Assembly (NCBI GenBank): GCA_000002445.1
Contig: CP000067.1
Location: 1,504,001-1,568,000, forward strand
Reading direction: 5' to 3'
Length of the DNA stretch: 64,000 nt
Origin: Trypanosoma brucei
Lineage: Eukaryota
Numbering within the stretch: the first letter of the stretch is position 1; every line of letters begins with the position of its first letter. Below the pieces are notes generated by a model that saw only the letters and a program-made list of their open reading frames with translations, did not search any database and was not told where the DNA came from. Made by a program: the position numbers and the translations under genes. This document shows positions 1-11,497 of this stretch, in pieces.

Positions 1-97
1 TTTCCAACTCATACACTCCCATTACATCTTCACCAGTGTTTTAAGTGCTTTTTCGTCTCTGCCCCTTTCGTCCTCAACATCATCCTTATTATAATAT

Positions 98-180
98 TAG
101 TGTATACACACTCACAAAACTCTCTTAGTATCATTATTATTACTGTTATTTTTACTATTATTACTAATACTATCATAAAC
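98..180 (-). repeat. 70-bp-repeat-type VSG upstream repeat (GT-rich core plus TAA/TTA triplet run)
   Basis: The motif gtatacacactcacaaaactctc followed by attattattactgttatttttactattattactaatact is the reverse complement of the GAGAGTTTTGTGAGTGTGTATAC-type 70-bp repeat core with triplet repeats. It belongs to a VSG unit lying left of the window. Confidence 0.6.
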
Positions 181-342
181 CTAACTGAGATTCATGAATT
201 AAACAAAATAAAAAAATTTGTGTAGTACCCATTGAGTATACCATATCACCATAATACTTTGCACTTTTAAGCTACTTTCATATTCCTTTTATCAAAATTT
301 TATGTTTTTGAATTTTTCAACAATTTACAAGTTTTATAAAAA

Positions 343-358
343 GTGTTGAAATATATTA
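343..358 (-). promoter_or_regulatory. VSG 3' UTR 16-mer-like element (degenerate)
   Basis: gtgttgaaatatatta is the reverse complement of a TGATATATTTTAACAC-like element and lies ~150 bp 3' of the VSG C-terminus at 507. Confidence 0.4.
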
Positions 359-506
359 TATTTTTGCGAAATATGACAAATTCTCTGAAAATAATAAGTT
401 TAATTAATATCATAAATTTCATAAAATTGAGCAAAAATTCTTAAATTATAAAATGATAGAATGCTACGAAACTCATTAAAGCAATACTCAAAGCAAATTT
501 TTTATT

Positions 507-1997
507 CACAGGAAACTACCATTTTTGCACTTTAAAGTTTCTTGCTCATCTTCACCATCGTCGCCCTTTCTAAATCAGCAATTTTGTTTGTCGCCTGTTT
601 TGTCAGCCTCACAAGAGCTCTTATCAGTTCCATGTTTTGCACAGCCAGTTGCAGCTTTTCCGTCTTTCTTATCTCCTGTTCCTGTTGCTGTGTTTTCTGT
701 TCCTGCTTTAGGTTGGCATTCGTTCTTTTCAGCGTCAAAATCACATCCGACACTCGCACATCCCTCTGCTGTTTTGTTTGTCGGGTTTGTGCACTGAGTA
801 TGGGTGGCCGCCGGTGTCGGTGGTGCTGTCCGTGGCACTGTTGTCGGCTGCAAGTGTTTGTTGAGCGTATAGGCCGCTTCGAGTTGTTGTCCTAAGGTTT
901 TTAAGGGCGGCTGTAGCTGTTGCCATGCCACTTTCTTCTGCTAGTTCTGCAAGGTTGGCGCCGGCGGTCGTCACATGTTGTAGCCACGGGATGATGTTAG
1001 TTTTGTCGTCCGCAGTCTTGTAGTTGACGCATATTCCGTGGGCCGCGACGGCCGCCGGGTCCACTGAACTGCCGTCGCATTTTGCCGCTGCGGTCGCTTG
1101 CCCATTGGCTCCGCCAAGAATCCAGGCTGTTGAATCTGGCGCCGCGTTGTTTGTTGCGGCTCCCAGTCCGTAAATGTTGTTACCTATAAGGTTGGCAGTT
1201 TTTGCTGCGGCGCTTTGTATTTTTCGGTGTGTGATTGTTTTCCGATTCTGAGTTGGCGGACACTTTGCTAGAATTGTTTTGAGCCGCCTCGCGGCGTTGG
1301 GAGCGCTGTTTAGGTTGCTTTCTCTGCTTAGGTCCATGGTTTCGTGTGCGCATGATTTGTCTGTCCTCGTTCCTGTCGCTTCTCCGCATATGCAGACGAG
1401 AGCCCCGGCGGCGCAGGCGTTGTTGGCTCCTATTGTATTGCAGAGCGCTTCGTAGCTGCTTACGCTAGGAAAGGTTCCACCGTAATCTCCATTGCTCGCT
1501 TGCCGGCTTACTATTGCCGCCGTTTTGGCGGCGTCATCTGTTTTCAGGTAAAATGCCTTGAACGTGTTTTGTCGGCTAGTTTCGAGAGCTGTCTGGCGTG
1601 CCGCTTTCCTCGCTGCGTAGTCGGATTGAATCGTCCCGTTTGTGTTTAGAATCGGTCTCAACAGTGCTTCGAGCTTGCTACGTCGGTTCACATCGTCGGC
1701 CCTAGGGTGGTCTTTCTTCCATTCGGCGTCCTTTATCTCTTTATATCCTGCGTCTGTTCCGTTTATTATGGCAAAAAAACGTTGAACGGTTTCTTGTGCC
1801 GACGCGTGTACGGTCGTTATTTTCGCTAGTCGGCCCGTCGGTTAGTCTGCATTGTAAAGTTTACGCAGCAAACCTTCAGTTTCGCAAAGCGCGTCGAACT
1901 CCTTGCGGTTTAGTGCCGTGATCGTTGCTTGTGCTTGTTCCGCTGGGCCAGGCAGGCTGCTTGCCAATGCTATGAGGAATGCGCACTGCCAAAGCAT
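507..1997 (-). pseudogene. VSG: VSG pseudogene (frameshifted, C-terminus disrupted)
   Basis: The minus-strand ORFs 741-1691 and 575-931, plus an N-terminus from the ATG at 1997-1995 (MLWQCAFLIALASSLPGPAEQAQA, a signal peptide), together form a VSG. The C-terminal Cys-rich domain (GCAKHGTDKSSCEADKTGDKQNC) is followed out of frame by KCKNGSFL and then a stop. Multiple frame breaks are present. Confidence 0.75.
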
Positions 1998-2458
1998 ATT
2001 AGCAGCTTGTGTAGTGTTTTGAAATAGAGAGAAGTACTCTTTATGTTGTTATAAATTTGGATGGGATAAAAAGCATATCGTTCACTGGTTTCTGTGTTTT
2101 TTCTGAAGTTAGTTTTTTTTGCTGCGTGCAGGGTGATCATAGCCAAAGTCATTGTAAAACCTTTAACTCCATTATCAACATTTATAAACTTGCCAACTGC
2201 TGTCGAGTGCAACAAGTTTCGCCGCTTGTTCCTTGCATGACACACAATTTCTTAGCATATTCCACAGAACTGCATAGTCGTCGTCGCTAACGTGGTGGAA
2301 AACAATAAGATTGGGATTACTGCTTACGAATGTATGCAGGGGCCTTTGCACATGCATCACAACGACAATCTTGAATATCCACAGTTAATAAACCCTCAAT
2401 TTTTATTTTATTCCTCAGAACATCTCCCACCATAATATCCTCGTTCAATGCAACATAA

Positions 2459-3271
2459 TCAATATATTTGTCGAAGTTTCGGAAACTGATTCTTTCTGAC
2501 TAACAGTTTGGAAATTTCCGAAAAGCCAACTATTTCTTTTACGACATCCCTTGAAATTGTATTTGCATACCCAACAACATACCATGTCAGCTTGCCAATA
2601 GACTCGTCAAGTTCGCCCAATGCTCTCCCCATGTTCAATTTTAGCCGTGGCAATATTTCAAAGCATTGCAAATACAATGGCACCCTCATAAAAATATCAT
2701 CATCTGCCTTCATTATATAGGGGTTACTTGCTTTAAATATTTCGACCGCAAATTTGAACCACAAGTATGTTTTTCTACTCACCGTGAGCTCCGGTTCCCA
2801 CCCCCAATTTCCTGAATCTCCCACTTTTTTGCTTTTTGTTGGATTCACATCGCAAACAGGTAAAACAATAATGTCCTGATTTAACTCTGCCTCATCTTTA
2901 ATAACATTTCTGAACTCGCAATTGTTATTTGTATGAGGTGAAAGTGCATATACTATAAGCAACTTCCCAGTAAAATTATTTGATTTTCTCGCCACTTCAT
3001 GGTAACTCCAACACGTTTCTCTCTGTAAGTTTCTCCTCAACCTCTCATCATTATCTATCGAAGGTATTCCAGCCACAACAAAATAATCGTCATTTTTCCA
3101 AATATTCCTCACAGCTGTGGACACAAATCTCATATACTCATCCTCAATAATTTCAAGTGAAATGGGATCACCTTCACTAAAGAGGCTGTATAGCGAAACA
3201 AGTAGATTAATCCCCATAACAACAAAAGATAAGCAGCACACTTTTGCATAGATACTTTCTATATACTTCAT
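2459..3271 (-). CDS. beta-1,3-glycosyltransferase-like (UDP-Gal/UDP-GlcNAc-dependent GT, trypanosome GT67-type), possibly C-terminally truncated
   Basis: The 270-aa ORF has an N-terminal signal-anchor (AKVCCLSFVVMGINLLVSLYSLF), the motif FVVAGIPS, the DDD motif MKADDDIFMRV (KxDDD of the beta3GT fold) and a later YVVGYANTISRDV motif. It is shorter than typical ~380-aa family members. A further DDD-containing fragment in another frame (2175-2360) suggests decay at the 3' end. Confidence 0.55.
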   Translation of the reverse strand: MKYIESIYAKVCCLSFVVMGINLLVSLYSLFSEGDPISLEIIEDEYMRFVSTAVRNIWKNDDYFVVAGIPSIDNDERLRRNLQRETCWSYHEVARKSNNFTGKLLIVYALSPHTNNNCEFRNVIKDEAELNQDIIVLPVCDVNPTKSKKVGDSGNWGWEPELTVSRKTYLWFKFAVEIFKASNPYIMKADDDIFMRVPLYLQCFEILPRLKLNMGRALGELDESIGKLTWYVVGYANTISRDVVKEIVGFSEISKLLVRKNQFPKLRQIY

Positions 3272-3799
3272 AGGACTTTATTGTCATACTAAGAAGAGCT
3301 TATTATGAGTTAGAAGATCACATGAAACATGAAGGAAAGAAGCCAGTGGGAGCAACTAAGATGTCTAGTAGGGTAAAAAGTGTTTACATATATAAACAAC
3401 ACCTTGATATCGCTATGATGCAACTGTTAAATTGTTCATGCGCAGTGTGTGTAGGTTATCTTTCAGCATGTATATGTTGCATTTATTTTATAAATTACCT
3501 TCAACCGTCCTTAGTGCTACACACTGCGTGCATTCCGCTATCCCTTTCATTATCCACATTATACAAAATTGAACACTATGCATTGCTATGTAACTTGGAG
3601 TAAATAGTTGACTACAATGTTTCCACATACTAACAATTTAATCACCTTCCTCTGATATATATACCGCCCATCCAGTTTCGCCGCCAGACCCCTATCAGAG
3701 TAGCTTTATGAATCACGTATTCTCATTGCGCACTTACCATTGTTTTAAGTATTTTTATTTTCGTTTTTTAGTTATTATGCTCCCTCACCCTTTATTTAA

Positions 3800-3862
3800 T
3801 ATTAGTACAGACACACACTCACAAAACTCTCCTATCATTATGCTTACTGCTATAAACCTCGC
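3800..3862 (-). repeat. 70-bp-repeat-type element
   Basis: acacactcacaaaactctcctatcattatgcttactgctataaacc. Confidence 0.5.
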
Positions 3863-4039
3863 CAATATGCATCAAAAAGTGAAAATAAGAAAATTAATAT
3901 ATTTTCATAATATCACTCATTTTCCATACCCCATCACTCTATTACTTTACTCGTTAGCCAGTTTCATAAACATTTTTAAAATGCAATTCTTTTATATTCT
4001 CAAAAAATTTTCAACAATTTGCCAAAACTTTGACAAAAA

Positions 4040-4055
4040 GTGTTAAAATTTATCA
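4040..4055 (-). promoter_or_regulatory. VSG 3' UTR 16-mer (1 mismatch)
   Basis: gtgttaaaatttatca is the reverse complement of TGATAAATTTTAACAC and lies ~100 nt 3' of the VSG stop at 4151. Confidence 0.55.
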
Positions 4056-4150
4056 TATTTTTTAAAAAATTAGCAAATTCTCTCAAAGTAGAAAATTTCA
4101 TATATTTATAAAATTGGGCAAAAATCTTCTACCAATAAATCTTAAAAGTG

Positions 4151-5599
4151 TCATTCTAGAAGCAAAACTGCAAGCCAAAGAGGTGCCTTGTTGATGACAA
4201 AAGAATTGCTTCCTGTAATGTTTGTGGTTCCTGTTTTGTTATCTTTCTCTCCTCCCTCTACCTTTGTAGCCTCCTTCTTATCCACTACGCACTTCTTTTG
4301 GCCGTTTTCACTGATTTCTTTGCAGCCATCTTTGCAAGCACCCCCGGTTTTTGCCTTGCAGTCATCATCGCTGAGTTTGGCTTTTGATGTGGCCGCGTTT
4401 CGCTTGATCTTTTCACCTTCGAGGTCGGTTGACAACTGCAATATCTGGTACCGCTGGTTCATGTGCTCCAGAAGAATAGATTGCCTACGCTGCTCCGCTG
4501 TTGGCGTCTCTTTCAGCTGCTTTGAGGTTTGCTTGGTGTTTTCGATTCTCGCTGTTGACGTCTGTTTTATATTTTCCATGACCTTTTTGCCAATTTCGTC
4601 TGCTTTACCATCCGCTGCCGCTTTTAGCATGTGCTGAGCGTCGCTAGTTGCTTGGTTAGCTTGTTCGTAGCTATTTCTTGCTGCTAATGCTTGTGCTAAT
4701 AGGGTTTGTGTCGTCGGATCGGCTGCAGCCAGTTGTAACGCCTCTTCGGTTGTCTTTCCGCAGTTTTGTAGTTCAAAGTTATTTAGCCTGTGTATCGCAT
4801 TAAAAAGCTTCTGCGGGCCTGTGCTTGCTGGGTTGAATTTGCCGTTGGTTGCGCCTGCGTTTAGCGTTTCTAGATTAGCCGTTTCGCTTCCATGGCTGTC
4901 TTGGGCCGTGAGCCCAAGAAAGTCGGCTGCTAATTTGACATTGATCGGTCCTGCTTTGCCCCAAATAGTTGAGGCCCCACTTTTCAGTAAGTAGCACTTC
5001 GTGTACCCAGTGCTAGACTCTACGTTGGCTGCGCCTGCTAGTCCGAAGAAGCCGGTCTGTGTGACTAGGGTGGGGTCGGTGGCTGTTGCCGCCGGCGGCG
5101 TGTCAACGTATATACCCGGGCAGCCCAGCTGCGCTACAGTTGTGTGTGTTGTCTTTGTGCTCGAGGTTCCAAGGCACCACTTGCTGTTGTCTCCGCTAAG
5201 CTTAAGCAGCAAATGTGCTATTTCGGTGATGTGTCCGGCTGTTTTGGGGCCGTTTAGCATTACTTCCTGTGCGTCGTTTATTAGCTTGGTATACTGCGTA
5301 GCCGCGGTTTCTGCACAGTTAGCCGCTTGCAGTGCTGTAGCTTGGAAAACTGTTGACGTGTTGACGTCGCTGGTCGCCGCTGCCGCTGCTTGCGCTAGCT
5401 GACTGGCTTCTTGGGCGGCTTCCTGTGTTTTCTTTATTTGATTTGCCTTGGATACCACTATGGCAGGCGTTAGGGTTAATTGGTTGGCTATTTTGCACAG
5501 CGTTTTTATTTTTTCTTCGTCCAGTGCTGCGTGCGTCGCCTCAGCATGCCGCCAGTGGCCAAGGAAGAGCAACTCTACGACGACCGTGCGTAAAAACAT
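4151..5599 (-). CDS. VSG: variant surface glycoprotein, intact ORF (482 aa)
   Basis: The ORF has an N-terminal signal peptide (MFLRTVVVELLFLGHWRHAEA), an Ala/Thr-rich N-domain and a Cys-rich C-terminal domain. It ends NTTGSNSFVINKAPLWLAVLLLE, a GPI-addition signal of the S-type. Confidence 0.85.
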   Translation of the reverse strand: MFLRTVVVELLFLGHWRHAEATHAALDEEKIKTLCKIANQLTLTPAIVVSKANQIKKTQEAAQEASQLAQAAAAATSDVNTSTVFQATALQAANCAETAATQYTKLINDAQEVMLNGPKTAGHITEIAHLLLKLSGDNSKWCLGTSSTKTTHTTVAQLGCPGIYVDTPPAATATDPTLVTQTGFFGLAGAANVESSTGYTKCYLLKSGASTIWGKAGPINVKLAADFLGLTAQDSHGSETANLETLNAGATNGKFNPASTGPQKLFNAIHRLNNFELQNCGKTTEEALQLAAADPTTQTLLAQALAARNSYEQANQATSDAQHMLKAAADGKADEIGKKVMENIKQTSTARIENTKQTSKQLKETPTAEQRRQSILLEHMNQRYQILQLSTDLEGEKIKRNAATSKAKLSDDDCKAKTGGACKDGCKEISENGQKKCVVDKKEATKVEGGEKDNKTGTTNITGSNSFVINKAPLWLAVLLLE

Positions 5600-7696
5600 T
5601 GCTCTTTCCGAAAAGATGCTGAGATCAAGGTTTAGAGTTGCCAGCTAGTAGAGTTCCCCCCGAATGCTTGCTTACCGTCAAGTAGGAGATGAGAAGCGTT
5701 TCTGCTGGTTTATTCTGTCCTCGTTAATTCCTGTGGTATTTAATGGCGTTTGACTGTGTAAGTGGTATGTTTTATTGACTTTTCTTTTGCTGGTTTCACG
5801 CTTGGCCTGTTATTCACAAACAGCTTGGGTATTCCCTTGATTTGTATAAATTGTGTAAAACCGGTTACTATAGTTATGTTTCTGTGTGCGTAGGCCAGAT
5901 TTGGCTGGTGTTCCAGCTTTTGGAGTCAAATCTCATCATTTATACTGTTTTTTGAGGTTTAAATGCCCAGTGGTCGCTCAACTATTAAGGTTTAATTTTT
6001 ATTCGCACTTTGGCGTAGCTGCTGCAATACTCTGTTTTCCATTTTACGTCGTCCAGTTATAAAGAACTCTGAATTTTTTTCTTTTCTGGCTATATATTTA
6101 TATTGCTTGCCGCAATGTTACAGTATTCAAATTGGAGCGCTTCACAAGTGTGGTATTCCAGATGTGGTATTGTTCCAGAGTCAAAGTAAGGTTGGGGGTG
6201 TGCTTAAGTCCTTCTACGAAACGCTTTCCACCACCTGTATTGGTGACCGCAACCACTTTGGCGTCAAGGTGGTTAACATTAATGGTTAAGATTGGTTCTT
6301 CTTCTTTCTTTTTGTTTGGTTGGCGCTTGTATGCGGGCATTAATCCGTTTTCTACAATTTCTTGCCGCTGCTTTTGGTGGCGTAGATTCTTCCCTGTGCT
6401 ATGGCTGCTTTTTGATCGCCTTCTCTGACTTTCTACTACACATTGTTCTTCTTATTACCGAAATCAAACCCCAAAAAGTTTTGCATTTAGTCCTGTTTAT
6501 TTGGTTCATCTGAGTTAACTCTATCTATTTTTTGCATAGAAAATACCTTCAATTTGGCAGTGTACTGTGTTATATTACAATGGGGATAGTGACCGCCGAC
6601 ACCATATCTCCTTGCAACGTTTTGTCAACTAATTTTGGTATTTCCTTTGACTATCGGTGAATAAATTGAAGTTTCCTACTACTCAGCTCTTTTGGTTGTA
6701 GCATTAATCTTGTAGTTTATGTGCTGTGACTGCTGCTATTTTTGCCGCCAGTTGAGTTCCACAGATTTGCTTTGTTGTGCTTGATCGAGATGCTATTCTG
6801 GTCTTCGTGGCAAAAGTGGTTTCTTTGACGTTTGCTATTCTTGAAATAGGTAAGCTGGGGATCGCGTTCAACATACACGACTGTCGCGGCTTTTCAACTC
6901 TTTTCACTAAATGAAGATCGTCCTTGTTGCTAATACGTAGTACTGGATCATTGAATGCGGCTATTTTTTGTGTTTATGCAAGTATATAATTTGTGGATAG
7001 TGCCTAGGCACTCCTTGTATTTCATAAACGTAATTTTTTGAAATCATATGTGTGCTTTTTAAAATAATTTCTGCGTTCCTCTTCAGTATTTGATCTTCAC
7101 ATCCATCCATTAGTTTTTCTTTTCTTGTAAAATCCCCCCCAGATAATACTATATTGTTTGCGAAATATGCTTCTCATAATTACTATATATATTGAGAAAA
7201 CACTTAAATATTACATCATGCATACGCAAGCCCTTGCTCCTACACCTCCCGCTTCCGCTTGTACTTGTTCACGATGGATAAAAGGATCTGTTTCCAGAAA
7301 AAAAATCACAGCGGTTACAATCATCTCCGAACCAACACCTATCCATTTGTGTGTGAAATCTGGATAAAAATCTTTTCCTCCCCCTATATTATTTTCTTCT
7401 GCGTTGTATTGTCTAATATTCTGTTGTCTTATTAAATATTACCTTGTTATTCTTCTTGTGGCTAAAACGTAGATAGTCCACTTCTTCTATTAACTGGACT
7501 TTTTCCGTGCTTAAGTGTCCTCCCTCATATGCTAGTTTGTGATGGTGACTCACTGTGGTCATGTGTTTCACATTTCGCATATTCTATCACCTCTGCTCTC
7601 CATCATTATGTATTTTCTTCAACAGTATCATCTGTGCTTCCTCACTCACTCCATCACCGTCATTATACCGTTTCCATTTCTTTAAGTGCTTTTATT

Positions 7697-7760
7697 TTAG
7701 ACGCACATTCATTATTATTATCATAACTATAATAACCCTAACTTATATCCATAAAATAAA
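7697..7760 (-). repeat. 70-bp-repeat-type element (triplet-rich, weak core)
   Basis: cattattattatcataactataataaccctaac. The position relative to the VSG at 8040 matches the other units. Confidence 0.35.
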
Positions 7761-8039
7761 CAAAATAAACAAAGTAACACAAATTAGAATAACACTTATT
7801 TTAATTATACTTTATCATTATACTGTTTTGCATCTATAGATAACTATCATACTTATTTCACTAACGTTATATATATTTCATATTCTTTAACTGTTCCCTA
7901 ACTTGCACTATTTTTATTAAAATGTATCAGAATATATAAAATTGTGTAAACCATAGAAAATTATTCCAAAATAGCAAAGTTTTATAAATTTTATAAAGTT
8001 TCGTAAAATTGGACAGAAATCCTTAAAATGCTGCTATAC

Positions 8040-9477
8040 TCATAAAGATAAAAATGCCTTAGGAACAAAAACTCTCAAATTGCTATAAAATGATTTTTTA
8101 TCTTTCTCTTCAGTTTCAACTTTCCGAAAGCATCTTTCGCCCTCCGGTTTTTTCTTATCAAAATCACAACCTTTTCATTCTTGCGTTGTTCCTCTGTTGT
8201 CAGCGTTTTTGCATTCGTCTGCTGACTTGGCTGGCTCTTCTTGTTTGTCTGTTTTGGTTGGGCAAGAGGGGCTTGCTTGGTTCTTTGTTGTTACTTCTAA
8301 AAGAGCCTGTAACAACATCTTGGATGCTTCGTCCATTGTCTTCACTTCCTTTATCGTCTGCGTGCGCTTTTCCCCTAACAATGTCGTTGGAAGTTTGATT
8401 TGCGTCAGTTTATCCCAGTACCTGTTTGAGAAGCTGCTATCATCGCCGTACGTACTGGCAATTAACTGCGTAACTGCTTTGGTTTTTTCTCCAAGTGCTG
8501 CTTCTCGTCTGAGTCCGGTCCAAGTTGCTCCAACTGCCACTCTGAAGTCATCGTCTGAGGCGTAGCTACTGATCTTGCCTGCATCGAAGGTCATTGATGT
8601 TTTTTCCCAGCTTGCGGCCACCTCGAGTAGGTCTATGGCTTTTTTTTGAGCAAACTGTTTGAAGTTCCCACTGTATGTCACAGCCTTTCCTGCTAGTCCG
8701 AAGTCGCCACTGCCTTTGGATAGGGTGATTGCTTCTTCTGCTGTTACAGGGCCGTCTATTATGCATGCGTTGTCTCTGCTTGTCGCGACAGTTCCTGTTA
8801 CACCGCTTTTTGCGCAAGCAGCGCTGTTGGTTTTTTCGACTGCCGCTGCCCGGACTGCCGCAGTGTTGTCTGGCGTTATTGTAACCGTGAAAAGTTTTAA
8901 GCTGTCTAATTTTGTCGTCCGGACCCAGCTCTTGAAGTGGTTGGCCTTGGCTTCCAGTGCTTTGTGACAAATTGTTAAGTCGCTAGACGTTTTGCTTTGG
9001 AAGTTAATGTTCGTTTGGTCATTTCTGGAACTGTTCTGGTCGCCTTTTCCCGTGTTAAGGCCTTTGACTTTAATGTCTGAAAGTGCCGCCACTGCACTTT
9101 GGTGACCGCTCAGATTTGCTAGCTTAGTAATTATATTAAATGTTATTTCCAGGAGATCGTTCCGCTTTGTTTGTATTTGATCGAGCCGCTTCGTGAGTAC
9201 AGTCAATATTGGCCGAACATTTTGGAAATCTGATGTCCTGGTGATGTTGCTCATCCTGCTGTTGTTTGTGCGCTCCTCTGCTTTAATCTGCTATCTTGGT
9301 ATCTCCTTTTGACAGCTCCGTTTTGATTTGTTCTGCTATTGCTGTCAGGACATAGGCTGCTTGGCATGGGCTCGTCATGTGTATTTCGGGCTTACTGTCG
9401 CCCGCCATTAATGGTCGAATAACGGTGAGAAATACGCTCGTGCCTATTGCTGCATGGAGAGTCTTGTAGTTTCCCAT
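8040..9477 (-). pseudogene. VSG: VSG pseudogene (frame breaks at N- and C-terminal junctions)
   Basis: Three segments make up this gene. The N-terminal signal-peptide segment is 9283-9477 (MGNYKTLHAAIGTSVFLTVIRPLMA). The main body is 8175-9254 (359 aa). The C-terminal Cys-rich piece KGCDFDKKKPEGERCFRKVETEEKDKK... is in another frame and ends at 8040. Confidence 0.75.
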
Positions 9478-10314
9478 TTCTTGGGGTAGTGCCTTGGGGT
9501 TAGCTTAGTTTTGAAGACGGTCTACCGCTTGGTTGCCGTTTTTAGTATTGAGCTTTGTTCGCTTTTGTATACTTACGCATTTTAGACGGGATAATGGGGG
9601 TCTTGTGATGTGGCATTTATCCGCTTTCTTGTTGAATACAGTAAGCGCCGGGATGCTCGTGCGCTATGAGCTGCTTGCGCAGTGTATCTCATTTTTATGC
9701 TTCATTTTGGCACTTTTATTTTTTTAGAACAGTTTGCAATATTGTCTTAGTCCTTGTTTTCGTTGTCTTCCATCTGATATCTGGGCTTTCGCTCTGTTCT
9801 CTGACGTTTGCGTCATCTCATTATTTAATAAACCACTTCCACTCGTTTGTTTGTCTGCGCCAATATACATCATTTACTTTTGTACATGCCACCAACATAT
9901 ACAAATATCCGACAACGTTGTGCGCCGCCGCAGACTTATAACCACAATAATTGTGGTTTATCGTGAGAGGTTTGTGCGTCTTCCTCTATACACAAGTTTT
10001 TATATCAGTTTCGCAATAGATCTTAGGTACTTTTGTGCAAACAGAGGCGTTACCTGGTTACTTCGCTGCGTATCCCCACTTTTTGGAAAGATCTTGTGCT
10101 ATAGCGGTTTCCAACCATGCTATCAAAATAAAGGTGAGAATTTCTGCTTGTATTGCAACCCTGTTTTGCTTGGGTGCGGCTTCTTCATACTAAAGATTCT
10201 GCTGGTACAATGCATAAATTTCTCTTTATACCACTATTTATATTTAAGTTGATCCCAAACGTGTCTGAAGACATCATTTGTCTTATGTTCCTAGAAGTTC
10301 ATCACTGTTCTTAC

Positions 10315-10395
10315 AATAATAATAAACACACTCACAACACTCTTCTATCATTGCAATTATTATTATCATCATTATTATTATTACTATTAAAACTC
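10315..10395 (-). repeat. 70-bp repeat
   Basis: cacactcacaacactcttctatcattgcaattattattatcatcattattattattactatt is the reverse complement of ...GATAGAAGAGTGTTGTGAGTGTG plus a TAA/TGA triplet run. Confidence 0.7.
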
Positions 10396-10649
10396 TACCA
10401 ATCTAAACAAATAAAACAATTTTGTAAAAATTTATAGTAGTATTAATTTTTTACACCGTATAAATCTGATACTTCACATATTTGGGACATTTTCACACAA
10501 AATTTTTAAACTTTTACAAATTTCCATATTATCTTTAAAAAATTTTAAAATATATTTATAAATCTCATAAAATAGAAAAGTTCATATATTTATAAAATTA
10601 TGCAAAAAATCTTTTACCAATATTTTTTAGAAACTCAATTATATAAGCA

Positions 10650-10800
10650 AAAATACAAGCAAAATTGGGTTTCTATCACAAAAGAATTGATCCCTCTGGC
10701 GTTTGTTTTCCCTCTTGATTCGGTCCATCTACCTGTTTTGGTTTGTAATTCGGATCTTTTACGCACTTTTTATTTTCGGCTTCACTACCCACTCTGCAGC
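10650..10800 (-). pseudogene. VSG: VSG C-terminal fragment (degenerate)
   Basis: The minus-strand translation gives a Cys/Lys-rich segment ending ...GSILL / DQFFCDRNPILLVFLLI, which resembles a decayed SNSFVINKAPLLL GPI signal. No N-terminal domain is present. Confidence 0.35.
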
Positions 10801-11497
10801 CACCTTCGCTGTCATCTCCTGCTCCTTTTTTTTTTGCAAGTTTCGTCTGTTTCTATTATTTTTGGCGGTTTTGCGTTGCCTTTTTGTTGCCGCTTTGTTG
10901 CATGTGCGTGGTAACGCAAAACCTGAGGTGCACGAAAAAAACTTAGCTCCCGCGTAAAAAAAAAAACCGGCGTATCACTAAAAAAATTAAAAACATGCTT
11001 TGAAAAAAATTTAGACTTAAAAAAACATAATTTCGTAAAAGAGAAAACAAATTAATCAAAAAAAATTAGCGAGATTAAAAAACTGAGCACCTGGCAATTG
11101 AGCGGCTTTGGCTGTCGGGTGCCAGTAACAGATTGTGTAACAGCGATTTTGTTACTGATTTTGACAATCGGCTATCCCTTAAATATTATTATTTTTTTCC
11201 TTAATTTCCCTTTGAAAGCAAATCATTGTGATCAGCGAAACTCCACGTTCAAGCGTTTTTTAAAAAATTTTGAAGCCGCGCGCAGCGAGAAATGCAGAGC
11301 TGAAATTCACCAAAGCAAAAAAAAAAGTCGAATTGACACTGCAGAAAAAAAAATATGCAGACGAAGATTCCTGCTTGATAAATAAGGTTAAGATCCCGCG
11401 TAAAAAAAGAGCCGCTGCATCGCTAATAATTTAAAAAACGGTGAATTATAAAAGAATAAAAAAAAGTAAATTAAAAAACAATCCTCAAAATTAAAAA

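Noticed and set aside
1970-2360. Minus-strand ORFs 1970-2245 and 2175-2360 between the VSG start and the glycosyltransferase ORF
   Set aside because: 1970-2245 overlaps the VSG start codon region in another frame and has no recognisable domain. 2175-2360 has a DDD tripeptide and may be a decayed continuation of the GT gene, but that cannot be supported without alignment, so it is not called as a separate gene.
4188-5402. Plus-strand ORFs of 130-250 aa overlapping the VSG coding regions (e.g. 4188-4637, 5001-5402, 11844-12473, 41775-42527, 17360-17665, 37521-37997)
   Set aside because: They are antisense to clearly recognisable VSG genes. They are low-complexity (Ser/Leu/Cys/Phe-rich) and lack start or targeting context. 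These are the stop-codon-poor antisense frames produced by GC-rich, Ala/Thr-rich VSG codons.
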